Shown here piece by piece: positions 48,211-57,615 of a stretch of DNA of 64,000 nucleotides. The notes under the pieces are model-generated. The model was given only the letters and a program-made list of their open reading frames with translations. It was not told where the DNA came from and searched no databases. This stretch comes from a virus, in the IMG/VR virus record IMGVR_UViG_3300045988_069849, positions 162,273 through 226,272 of that record, one strand, 5' to 3'. The stretch's first letter is position 1, and each line of letters starts with the position of its first letter. The translations under genes were made by a program, and so were the position numbers.

Positions 48211-50226
48211 ATGAATTTTAAAGATTTCAAGAAAGATGTAGAGTCTGCTTTCAATGCTATGATTGCAGATAATTTATTTGTAGTTAATGTAGACAAAGAC
48301 CTTTTGTGGATGAGTTATCTTCTCTCCTTTGAGGACGAAACAATTCGGCAAGATCACAATTGTAATGCTTGTAAGTCTTTCATACGTCACTATGGTAAGG
48401 TAGTCGCTATAGACCCTCAAACCTACAAGGTGAAAACCTTCTGGGATGATGTTCACACTCCTGGCTATGAAAAGACCGCATCTGATTTAGCTAAGCTCGT
48501 TAAGGAAGCTGGAATAGGAGATATATTCATTCAGGATGTTAATGAGTTTCACGGTTGTGACCATAATGTGCAACTTCTTCCTGATGGAACTACTAGAACT
48601 TGGACTCACTTGTACGTGACTATTCCTAACAAGTTTAAATTCAACAAGAGAGTACATCATTTCGATTCTGCCGCAGGTTATCGCGGAGATGTTAGAGCTA
48701 GAGCTGGTGTCTTTGAACGCTCTCTTTCCGAGCTTAAACTAAGTGCGGTAGAAACCGTAATTGAGTTGATAGAGGATAATAATCTCTATCGCGGAGAAGA
48801 GTTCCTAAAGACTCTGCAAGAGTTCAGAAGAACTATGCTTGAGGCCGATAATCTCTCACCAGAGGTTCGCACTAACTATTGTTGGTTTAACTTCAAATCT
48901 CCAATAGCTAAAATTAGAAATACGGCTATGGGAACTCTACTGATTGACTTAAGTAATGGTGTAGACCTGGAAAGAGCTGTTAAGTCTTATGAGAACATTA
49001 TGGCTCCATCTAACTATAAGAGACCTACTGCTCTTATTACTAAGAAACAAATTGAGGCTGCTCAGAAGAAGGTTGAAGAACTTGGGTTAACTGATGCCCT
49101 TCCTCGCCGTCATGCTCGTGTAGAAGATATTTCTGTAAACGACGTTCTGTTCGTAAATAGAGACACTCGTGCACGTATGAAAGGAGGTATATTTGACTCT
49201 TTAAAAGAGACCTCAACGGTTAATCCTAAAGAGTATACCAAAGCTACTGAAATTTCAATTTCGGAGTTTGTAACTAATGTATTGCCACACTCTAAGGATG
49301 TGCAAATTCTTGTTGAGAATAAGCATATTCCTAATTTTGTTACCCTAACTGCTCCAGAGAACCCTGATGCAGGTCAGCTGTTCAAATGGAAGAATAACTT
49401 CGCTTGGGTGTATAATGGCTCTATGGCGGATTCATTCAAGGAGAAAGTAAAAGCAGCAGGTGGTAACGTAAATGGATTCCTAAGATGTTCTCTACACTGG
49501 TTTAACTATGATGACCTTGACCTCCATGTAACAGAACCTGGTGGTAATGAAATCTATTACGGGCATAAGAGAGGATTAACTGGTGGTACACTAGATGTAG
49601 ATATGAACGCTGGTTCTGGTAAAACCAGAGATGCAGTCGAGAATATTATCTGGACTGACCAATCTAAACTCAGAGCAGGTCGATATGAAGTGCGTGTGCA
49701 TAACTTCTGCAAAAGAGAACATATAGACTTTGGATTCGAGGTAGAAATCGAAATCAATGGAGAACTTCATAAGTTCAACTATGATAAGATGGTGTCAGAC
49801 AGAGAATATATTGCGGTAGCAATTATCAAGGTAGATTCTATTGGTAATATAACCCTAAGTCCGGTAATTGCCGAAGGTGCAACTTCATACAAGTCTATGA
49901 ACGAGTGGGGCATTGATACTATGCGTTTCCAAACTGTTTCTTGCATCATGTATTCTCCAAATTATTGGGAAGGTAATGAAATAGGAAACAAGCACCTATT
50001 CTTCATGATTGATGGATGTAAAAATCCTGACCCAGTTCGAGGATTCTTCAATGAATATTTGAGACCCGATCTCGAAAAAGATCATAAGAGAGTATTCGAA
50101 GCTATTGGCTCTAGAGCTAAAGCAGAATACAACGATAACCAGTTGAGTGGACTAGGATTCTCTAGTACGTCTCACGACGAGGTTGTAGTTAAAGTTGATA
50201 ATAAACCATTTAAAATTAAATTCTAA
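48211..50226 (+). CDS. large hypothetical protein (671 aa)
   Basis: ORF track; no motif recognised by eye. Confidence 0.65.
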   Translation: MNFKDFKKDVESAFNAMIADNLFVVNVDKDLLWMSYLLSFEDETIRQDHNCNACKSFIRHYGKVVAIDPQTYKVKTFWDDVHTPGYEKTASDLAKLVKEAGIGDIFIQDVNEFHGCDHNVQLLPDGTTRTWTHLYVTIPNKFKFNKRVHHFDSAAGYRGDVRARAGVFERSLSELKLSAVETVIELIEDNNLYRGEEFLKTLQEFRRTMLEADNLSPEVRTNYCWFNFKSPIAKIRNTAMGTLLIDLSNGVDLERAVKSYENIMAPSNYKRPTALITKKQIEAAQKKVEELGLTDALPRRHARVEDISVNDVLFVNRDTRARMKGGIFDSLKETSTVNPKEYTKATEISISEFVTNVLPHSKDVQILVENKHIPNFVTLTAPENPDAGQLFKWKNNFAWVYNGSMADSFKEKVKAAGGNVNGFLRCSLHWFNYDDLDLHVTEPGGNEIYYGHKRGLTGGTLDVDMNAGSGKTRDAVENIIWTDQSKLRAGRYEVRVHNFCKREHIDFGFEVEIEINGELHKFNYDKMVSDREYIAVAIIKVDSIGNITLSPVIAEGATSYKSMNEWGIDTMRFQTVSCIMYSPNYWEGNEIGNKHLFFMIDGCKNPDPVRGFFNEYLRPDLEKDHKRVFEAIGSRAKAEYNDNQLSGLGFSSTSHDEVVVKVDNKPFKIKF

Positions 50227-50228
50227 TT

Positions 50229-50603
50229 ATGTACAAACAAGCGTCTAAAATGAAGTTGCGCTTTGCAACTAGTAAAGGTAATTTGAGTGTGGAAGATTTG
50301 TGGGACTTAAGTCTGCCTGCATTGGACAGACTGGCAGTGTCCTATGACGAAGAATTAGCCAAGAGTCCTAGAAAATCTTTCATAACTAATGATACTCCTA
50401 GCAATAGCGAACTGGAGTTAAAGTTCAACATTGTGAAAGATGTTATCACTGATAAGCTGAAAGACAAGGCCGCTAGAGAAGCAGCTAAAGATAAGGCAGC
50501 TGAGAAGGCACGCCTGACTGAACTGCTGGCTAAGAAACAGTCTGAGAAAATGGAAAGTATGTCCGAAGATGAAATCAGACAACGACTTGCAGAACTCGGA
50601 TAA
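50229..50603 (+). CDS. hypothetical protein (124 aa), K/E-rich C-terminus
   Basis: ORF track. Confidence 0.5.
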   Translation: MYKQASKMKLRFATSKGNLSVEDLWDLSLPALDRLAVSYDEELAKSPRKSFITNDTPSNSELELKFNIVKDVITDKLKDKAAREAAKDKAAEKARLTELLAKKQSEKMESMSEDEIRQRLAELG

Positions 50604-50883
50604 TTGTGTCGTATTGAAAACAGTTAGTCCACAAATCTTAGATAAACTAAGGGAAAGTGGATTGACTGTTTGTACGTGTTGTGAATTTCCTGGTACAGCC
50701 TGGTTAGTATTCAGACCAAATATGCCTACATCGGATATTCACGGTGAGGGGTATGATTTCGAAGAGATAGGACTTTTTGGAACAGAGGCTGTTCTCAAAT
50801 ACTTCGAAGCTAACACTCCGAATTATGTAGATTGCGGAACTGATGTCGATAAATTTATTAACATTTGTTTGCAGTTTAAATAA
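50569..50883 (+). CDS. hypothetical protein (104 aa)
   Basis: ORF track. Confidence 0.45.
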   Translation: MKSDNDLQNSDNCVVLKTVSPQILDKLRESGLTVCTCCEFPGTAWLVFRPNMPTSDIHGEGYDFEEIGLFGTEAVLKYFEANTPNYVDCGTDVDKFINICLQFK

Positions 50884-50969
50884 GTTAACGGTTTTTAACT
50901 TTGAATTTAACACTTGTACTGTTATTATAGTAAGTTGATTAGCGGTACGTGAGTATAGCTAATTACTAT

Positions 50970-51055
50970 GCCCGAATGGTGGAATTGGTAGACACGTCAG
51001 ATTTAAGCTCTGATGCCCAGTAATGGGCGTGTGGGTTCGAGTCCCACTTCGGGTA
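50970..51055 (+). tRNA. tRNA-Leu (TAA), long variable arm
   Basis: Anticodon arm tcaga-ttTAAgc-tctga; T-arm gtggg-ttcgagt-cccac; acceptor gcccgaa/ttcgggt. Confidence 0.7.
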
Positions 51056-51246
51056 CTAATTTAATATCAATAATATGGAAAGATATATAGAAGAACTTAT
51101 TGAAATATATAGAAAAAATACTCTAAAGTCAGATGAAGAATTAGAATCTCTGAAGAGTTTACTTAGAAATGTTCATCGTGATGGATTTATAGCAGGAGAA
51201 GAATCAATAATTAATGTTGTGGATAAACTAACAAAACGTAACTAAT

Positions 51247-52158
51247 ATGAACAGTGTATTTTTTGGAAATGAAGGGTTGACTTCTACGTCAGCAAACTTC
51301 TATGCGAACATCGCACAAGAAATGATTCAAGCAGCACAGGAACGCTTGAATAATGTGAAATTCTTTCAAGTATCTGTAGCCTCTATCGGTGGAGGAGAAA
51401 AGCAGTTAATGACAGTAGGACAAAAGTCCCTTGACTTTATAAAAGATGATTTGGAAAAGGTCGCTGCCATGAATAGTTTTTGTGCTTGGGTACGAGAAGC
51501 TATTAAAGAGAAAGAAGGAATGATTGGCAAAGTATCTGCTACTATGCTTGATGATTGGGCAGAAAGTCAGGGAATAGGACTGCCAGAGCAGCCTAAGTAT
51601 CCAGAAGCTCTACCTTCTCCGACTGAAGAGACTATCATAAAGTCGTGGGATATTAACAAGAGAAATAAATTCCTAAGATTAGAGGCGTTTGCTTCTACCT
51701 ATGGAAAGTATATTCATCCAAAAGGAGCCTTTAGTAAAGCACGAAAAGAAGTTCATGCAGCTGAGAATTGTCCTATCTATAAGGAAGGCTCTGGAAGAGA
51801 TTTAATTCTCTACTACCAAGACCCTACCATCGAAGTAGAAAAAGTGGACAATATGTTCATGTCTCTTCAAGACACCTATCGTTCTTACGAGAAGGAGTTA
51901 AATGCTCTTAAAGCTGAGCTTAAGGAGGAGGTTAATAAACTTTCTAACACTCAAGAACAAGAGTATCGTGAGAAAATGGCTGAATTTAAAGCAAAATACG
52001 ACAAATATACCTCCGAATTAGGAGAGTTGAGAAGTCGTTTCAATAGTTGGAAAACTTCTGAAATGGAACGTATTTCCAAACTAAAAATCGCTTTGCCTAA
52101 GAATCTTTTAGATATTTTCGAAGAGATTAGGAGACAAGGCGACTCTTCCTCTAAGTAA
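51247..52158 (+). CDS. hypothetical protein (303 aa), coiled-coil C-terminus
   Basis: ORF track. Confidence 0.6.
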   Translation: MNSVFFGNEGLTSTSANFYANIAQEMIQAAQERLNNVKFFQVSVASIGGGEKQLMTVGQKSLDFIKDDLEKVAAMNSFCAWVREAIKEKEGMIGKVSATMLDDWAESQGIGLPEQPKYPEALPSPTEETIIKSWDINKRNKFLRLEAFASTYGKYIHPKGAFSKARKEVHAAENCPIYKEGSGRDLILYYQDPTIEVEKVDNMFMSLQDTYRSYEKELNALKAELKEEVNKLSNTQEQEYREKMAEFKAKYDKYTSELGELRSRFNSWKTSEMERISKLKIALPKNLLDIFEEIRRQGDSSSK

Positions 52159-52789
52159 TTAGAGGACTTCCGTAGGAAGCTAACATAACATACTTAACAG
52201 GAATAATTATGAACAGTATATTCTTAAATCCGCATGGATTTAATCTTTATTCGCTGGCTACACAAAAATTTACAACCTACTCTCTAATTGAGAGTCTTTG
52301 TCTTAGTCTTTGTTAGTGTAGCTAGGTCTTTGACTACGGCTTCATCTTTGCCTGCGCGTTAGCTTCCTACATAGCTCGTCAACCACGTGTTGAAGGAGTT
52401 ACGGAATCCCTTCGGGATTCTAGCCTTTTGCTTCAGTTACAAGTAATCTTTAAACTTGGTGACTATTATCCCAAATTCTCAACAAGATGAAGAGGGAGGT
52501 TGACCAACCTAATAATGGTACAAGCTCTTCGGAGTGATAGGAGTGGGGAAAGTATCTGGTGAAGCACAGATACTGGAACCACTCTTTTTTTTGATAGATA
52601 AAATGATTATTAACTAATTTAAATTAAGAAAAATGAAGAAAGTACTATTGCTTTTCGGAATGGTTGCACTGATGTCTGCTTGTGCAGGTAATACAAAGAC
52701 TCAGGCTCCAGAAAACGATTCTATCGCAATCGTTAAAGAAGTTGCTGACACAATGAGTGTAGACACTCTAGGTGTGGATAGTCTTGTAA

Positions 52790-53131
52790 TTGATAGTATT
52801 CAGTAATATGGATTTTATCGCAACCAGAGTCAATGAACTCTTAAGTAGGGTATCTCCTATTAAGCGATGGCTTATTTCTGATGTTGCGAATGAATACTAT
52901 CGAGCAGGATATCAAGATGGTCAGAAACTAGTCTACAGAAATGTGTTAAAGGGAAGCGCATTGAGAGAGTTTATCGAAATTCTAAATCATTGCGGAATTA
53001 AACTTAGTTACAACTTACGTAAGGGTGGGCTACTGGTCAGTGTAAGAACTGATAAGTTGTCCAACTTACAGAATCTTGTTAATTGTTACAAAAATGAGCA
53101 AAACAAAGAGAACAGTCCTGACAAGGGATGA
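52790..53131 (+). CDS. hypothetical protein
   Basis: ORF track. Confidence 0.45.
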   Translation: MIVFSNMDFIATRVNELLSRVSPIKRWLISDVANEYYRAGYQDGQKLVYRNVLKGSALREFIEILNHCGIKLSYNLRKGGLLVSVRTDKLSNLQNLVNCYKNEQNKENSPDKG

Positions 53132-53474
53132 TTGTCCCCCATTGGAGGAACAATACAAAAGCATTATGGAGAACTTTGATTTTGATAAGGTTCTGGAGTA
53201 TATGCAGTGGGACAAGAGTCATAGAGAATATGATGACGAGGGTCGCTGTATAGGCAAAAGTACATGGAAAATGTATGTAGGTCCGAACGAACACAGAGTT
53301 CCCACTCTTTACGAACTATCCAGAAATGCTAGCGTACTACTAAGAGAAGTAATGAAGCTGTACAATGACAACAAAAGTCCTTATCTTTCTATAGCTACTG
53401 GACCATTCAAGGTTATTTGCAGATATGGGATGCTGGAACTTATAGCTTGCCTAGAAACTTGGAGTTATGATTGA
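53076..53474 (+). CDS. hypothetical protein (132 aa)
   Basis: ORF track. Confidence 0.5.
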   Translation: MLIVTKMSKTKRTVLTRDDCPPLEEQYKSIMENFDFDKVLEYMQWDKSHREYDDEGRCIGKSTWKMYVGPNEHRVPTLYELSRNASVLLREVMKLYNDNKSPYLSIATGPFKVICRYGMLELIACLETWSYD

Positions 53475-53880
53475 ATTTAATCAGATTTTTTGTGAGGATT
53501 TGAAAGATGATTTCGAGGAAGCTGGTAGGCATGAGAGAAATTTCGAGTTAGACGAGTTTATTCAGAAGGATTTAAGTAGAGCATTTGCGTTTGGTTATTG
53601 TCATTTAGACTGGATAAAGGAGAAAATGTGGTTTCCTGTTCCTATTAGGAAGGCTTTACGGCATTTAGGGGACGACCTAGAAGATTTTGCTCCTCAGCTT
53701 AAATGGCTTAACGAAAAATATGGTGCTATAGGAAAGAGAGTTAGAATTGTTGATTATGCAAACTATATTTTAGATAATATATTTTGTGACAATCAAGACG
53801 ATTTGCTAAAGATAGCAATATTACTCGGAACTAACATGAGAGTAAATACTGCTGATGAGCAGGCTAGAAGTGTTCACTGA
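53467..53880 (+). CDS. hypothetical protein (137 aa)
   Basis: ORF track. Confidence 0.5.
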   Translation: MIEFNQIFCEDLKDDFEEAGRHERNFELDEFIQKDLSRAFAFGYCHLDWIKEKMWFPVPIRKALRHLGDDLEDFAPQLKWLNEKYGAIGKRVRIVDYANYILDNIFCDNQDDLLKIAILLGTNMRVNTADEQARSVH

Positions 53881-54298
53881 TGGAGCTTTTAGCTCGTCTA
53901 GAGACACAGGAGGAGTAGGAGTTGTATTCGTAATTGATGGGGAAAAAGCCTATGAATTTAGTAAGATGATTCCTAATACTACTAATAATAAATGTGAGTT
54001 GTTAGCAGTAATTTATGCTCTAAATGCAGTAAGTCGTAAAATCGAATCTCTGACTATTTACTCAGATTCTCAGTACGTCATAGGATGTGCTACTAAAGGA
54101 TGGAAAAGAAAGAAGAACGTAGAGTTATGGAATTTATACGACAAGGTCTTAAATAAGGCAAAGCAATTTTGTCCTAATATAGATTTTTGTTGGGTGAAAG
54201 GACATACTTCAAGTTCAGACTTCTTTTCTCAGATGAATAATCTCGCAGATAAATTAGCAGTTGAAGCAAGTCAGGAATATGAAACTAAGAAAGAATAA
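53855..54298 (+). CDS. rnhA: ribonuclease HI
   Basis: EVFTDGAFSS...NNKCELLAVIYAL...IYSDSQYVIG...WVKGHTS...NNLADKLA matches the RNase H fold signature. Confidence 0.7.
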   Translation: MSRLEVFTDGAFSSSRDTGGVGVVFVIDGEKAYEFSKMIPNTTNNKCELLAVIYALNAVSRKIESLTIYSDSQYVIGCATKGWKRKKNVELWNLYDKVLNKAKQFCPNIDFCWVKGHTSSSDFFSQMNNLADKLAVEASQEYETKKE

Positions 54299-54695
54299 GA
54301 ATAAGAAACTTATCAAAGAAGCTATGAAGTTTTATCCATTCGATTATGGATTTGTTCTCTCTTTAGAGAAACAAGCCCTAATTAGAATGTATGAATACTT
54401 TAAGGTATCTAGAATTGCGGAAGGCAATGAACGTGTCGAAAAAGAGCTAAATCTAGCACTAAAGCTATTAGATATTGTGCTAGAAATAGATTCTGCGTAT
54501 CACCATGACTTTAGACCTGGGTCAAAGGGATTTGTAGATAGACACATAAATACTAAAAATTGGAATCGATTCCACCCTAAGGCTGCTGATCTCGATTGGA
54601 ATACTCCAATCCTTAAAGATTATCTGAGAAGAGAAAAAGCCTGGTACTTATACAACAAACTAAAGTTTGAACGTATGAGGTCTTGGTGGGATTAA
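54261..54695 (+). CDS. hypothetical protein (144 aa)
   Basis: ORF track. Confidence 0.5.
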   Translation: MKQVRNMKLRKNKNKKLIKEAMKFYPFDYGFVLSLEKQALIRMYEYFKVSRIAEGNERVEKELNLALKLLDIVLEIDSAYHHDFRPGSKGFVDRHINTKNWNRFHPKAADLDWNTPILKDYLRREKAWYLYNKLKFERMRSWWD

Positions 54696-54711
54696 TTTAA
54701 TTAATAGAATT

Positions 54712-55728
54712 ATGAAGAAAATTTTTAGTATTATTTGTTTGTGTTTAATGTGCGTGTTTGCTAGCGCACAAGTTGTTGAAACTGGAAGTTTGAAAGATAA
54801 CTGGTATGTTTCTGGTAATGTAGGTACCACAATTTGGGACAACTCAAGAAGTTGGGCTGAACCTCATGATGTATTAGTAAATATTGCGGTGGGTAAAGAA
54901 ATTACTCCTATCTTCGGACTAGAGTTAGATATGATGGCAGGTATGAATCAAGGCAGTAAAACGTTCTTCGATTCCCATAACCTTACAGCTAATGTAACTA
55001 CTAATCTAACTAATCTTATTTGTGGATACGAAGGCTCTAGACGTTTATTTGAGCCTGTATTACTGATAGGTGCTGGTTGGTATCATACTTATGGTGATGT
55101 TTATAATAATGTATCTGCAAGAGGTGCAATTAGATGCAACTTTAATATTACTGATAGTTGGGCACTAAATGTTACTCCAGAGTATATGCTACTTCCAAAG
55201 ACTACTCCTCTAAATCATGAAGTAAATGTTTATATAGGAGCCACTTACCGGTTTAAGTCTAATAAAGGAAACTTTCCTATGATGAAACTATATAGTGACG
55301 CTGAAGTAGAAAGTCTTAATGCTGCTATTAACGAGTTGAGGGTTAAGAATAGCGAATTGGAATCTCGTAAACCAGTAGAAATAATTAAGACTGATACTAT
55401 AGTAGTTACTAAGGTAGAACTTCTTACACCTAAAATTCAGTTTTTACAGAACTCTTCTGAAATCTCTACAACTTCTAATGTTGCAGTATCGGAGTTAGCA
55501 GCTTATATTTCAAATAGTGGTAAGTCATATATGATTGAAGGATATGCTTCTGAAGAAGGTCCAGTAGATTTTAATGACAACTTAGCTGTAGCTAGAGCAG
55601 AATCTATGAAGAAGGCCCTTATCAGTTATGGCGCTCCAGAGGATAAGCTTATAGTTAAAGGCTGCGGAAGCACTACTGAGTTTGGAGATAGAGAATTTAA
55701 CAGAATCGTAATCGTAACAGAACAATGA
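54712..55728 (+). CDS. OmpA-family outer-membrane protein (signal peptide, beta-barrel-like N-domain, C-terminal OmpA domain)
   Basis: MKKIFSIICLCLMCVFASAQ is a signal peptide. The C-terminal YMIEGYASEEGPVDFNDNLAVARAESMKKALISYG...NRIVIV is an OmpA-like peptidoglycan-binding motif. Confidence 0.7.
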   Translation: MKKIFSIICLCLMCVFASAQVVETGSLKDNWYVSGNVGTTIWDNSRSWAEPHDVLVNIAVGKEITPIFGLELDMMAGMNQGSKTFFDSHNLTANVTTNLTNLICGYEGSRRLFEPVLLIGAGWYHTYGDVYNNVSARGAIRCNFNITDSWALNVTPEYMLLPKTTPLNHEVNVYIGATYRFKSNKGNFPMMKLYSDAEVESLNAAINELRVKNSELESRKPVEIIKTDTIVVTKVELLTPKIQFLQNSSEISTTSNVAVSELAAYISNSGKSYMIEGYASEEGPVDFNDNLAVARAESMKKALISYGAPEDKLIVKGCGSTTEFGDREFNRIVIVTEQ

Positions 55729-56291
55729 AATACAAGAAAAAAGTAAAATGGTTAAAGGATAAACAGGCATGGTGGGATAAGCAGGGAAAAGATTTCCAAG
55801 CTGCAACCACTAGACCTGGTTCCGTTAAAACTCGATAATCTATGTTAGCTATTATACTAGCAATAGTCTTGATAATCGCCTTTATTTATTACGACCCATA
55901 TGTAGATATTACAGAGGATAATGTCTTATTATGGTATAATGGTAAGGGATATAGGGAATACATTATTCTGTGGTCCAGAAATACTAATTAAGTATGGACG
56001 TAAAGATTATGTTGATAAGTGATTGTATAGGAGTTGTGCTCTATGCGCTCCTATACTATACACTTTATCATACCTATGAACTAGATTATTTAGGTTCTGG
56101 AAGGTGGAGAAGGTGGAGAAGAATATCTGTGCCTGGTTGGGCTGTAGTTATAGCCCTAGTGAGCCTATGTCTTCCTCCTGTAGCTGTCTCGCTTTCTATA
56201 GTAAGCTGGATTATATATATGCTTAAGTTTCTCGGCGATAAATATTACGAGGTAGACGTTTCTTTTATTAAGTTTTTATCAAACTCAATAC

Positions 56292-56804
56292 ATGACACGA
56301 ATATTTAAACATCTAATTAGGATTATTAAGCATAAATACTGGGTAGCACGCTATTGTTTCCAGTTAGGTCTTTATTGGCAGGGAATAGTACATGACTGGT
56401 CTAAGTTTAGCTATACTGAATTTAGTAGGTCAATAAAGTATTGGGACGATACTATTAGTCCTCTAGCTAATGAGAAAAACATACACGGATATTCTGAAAC
56501 CTTCCTACATCATCGAGGAAGAAATCCACATCACTATGAATATTGGGTTCATAGTTTAGATGAAGGAGGAGTTCCAGCGAAAATGCCAAGAAAATATGCT
56601 TTGGAATTAGTCTGTGATTATCTGGCTGCTGGGAGAACCTATAATAAAGATTTTACCTATGGGAGTGAGTACAACTGGTGGATTAAATTTCTAAGTTCAC
56701 CTAGAGCTATACATCCCGAAACCAAGGACTTCGTAACTAAATGCTTTAGGCATTTGAGTGCCGGAGGTAATATTAAATATTTATTGAAAATTGACTATGA
56801 GTAA
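56292..56804 (+). CDS. hypothetical protein (170 aa), His-rich motif HHRGRNPHHYEYW
   Basis: ORF track. Confidence 0.5.
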   Translation: MTRIFKHLIRIIKHKYWVARYCFQLGLYWQGIVHDWSKFSYTEFSRSIKYWDDTISPLANEKNIHGYSETFLHHRGRNPHHYEYWVHSLDEGGVPAKMPRKYALELVCDYLAAGRTYNKDFTYGSEYNWWIKFLSSPRAIHPETKDFVTKCFRHLSAGGNIKYLLKIDYE

Positions 56805-57615
56805 GATAATAGGGCAAGACAAGTTAATTAAGGAAGTTAATAGAATATTTCAGGTATTTATAAATAGTAATTGCAAGATAAGACCGCACTTTATTCTTAC
56901 AGGTGAGAGCGGGTCTGGTAAGAGCTTTACTATTAAACAGTTATGTGATATGAATGAACTTAGCTTTCTAGAAGTTAATGCAGCTCAAATAACTAAAGAG
57001 GGTATTTCTGGAAATAGTTTAAGCAAAATTCTATCTCCACTTGTTAACTATAGTCACACACCTATTGTAGTCTTCGTAGACGAGTTTGATAAACTTTTCA
57101 TCAACGGAAACACTAATAGCCAACTGGCTAATGAATCTACTGCCAGTGTACAGAACGAGTTTCTCAAACTTTTAGAGTCTGATACTACTAGTGTTTTTGG
57201 CGATTATGGGAAGTACATATCAGTCCCTATTGATAATGTACTATTTGTGTTTGCTGGAGCATTCAATAATGAGCCTCACATTACATTAGATAGACTAAGA
57301 GACTTTGGAGTTAAAACAGAGTTTCTTGGAAGAGTAGGATTAATCTACAATACTAAACCTCTCACTCTAGAGGATTTGTATTCTATCTTGGAGTGTTCAG
57401 ACTTGTTGCAGAATTATCTTGACTTATTCTTTAATGTAAATAGAGAACAAGTCATTAGTGATTTGAAAGGGTATCTCGAAAGTTCTTTTCGCAATAATAC
57501 TCTTGGAGCAAGAACAATTAATACTCTTATTCACCAATACTTTATCAAAGGTGGAAAACTCGAAACTGAAGAAGTAAAAGAAATAACTTTTAACAAAAAA
57601 TTAGAATGGAAATAA
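56791..57615 (+). CDS. AAA+ ATPase (274 aa)
   Basis: Walker A GESGSGKS; Walker B VVFVDEFDK. Confidence 0.65.
   Translation: MTMSKIIGQDKLIKEVNRIFQVFINSNCKIRPHFILTGESGSGKSFTIKQLCDMNELSFLEVNAAQITKEGISGNSLSKILSPLVNYSHTPIVVFVDEFDKLFINGNTNSQLANESTASVQNEFLKLLESDTTSVFGDYGKYISVPIDNVLFVFAGAFNNEPHITLDRLRDFGVKTEFLGRVGLIYNTKPLTLEDLYSILECSDLLQNYLDLFFNVNREQVISDLKGYLESSFRNNTLGARTINTLIHQYFIKGGKLETEEVKEITFNKKLEWK

Noticed and set aside
52632-52806. Apparent lipoprotein (MKKVLLLFGMVALMSAC...)
   Set aside because: Exact reading gives MSALCR then a stop after 19 codons. The lipobox frame requires a -1 shift. Noted only as a possible frameshift or pseudogene inside a likely ncRNA region.
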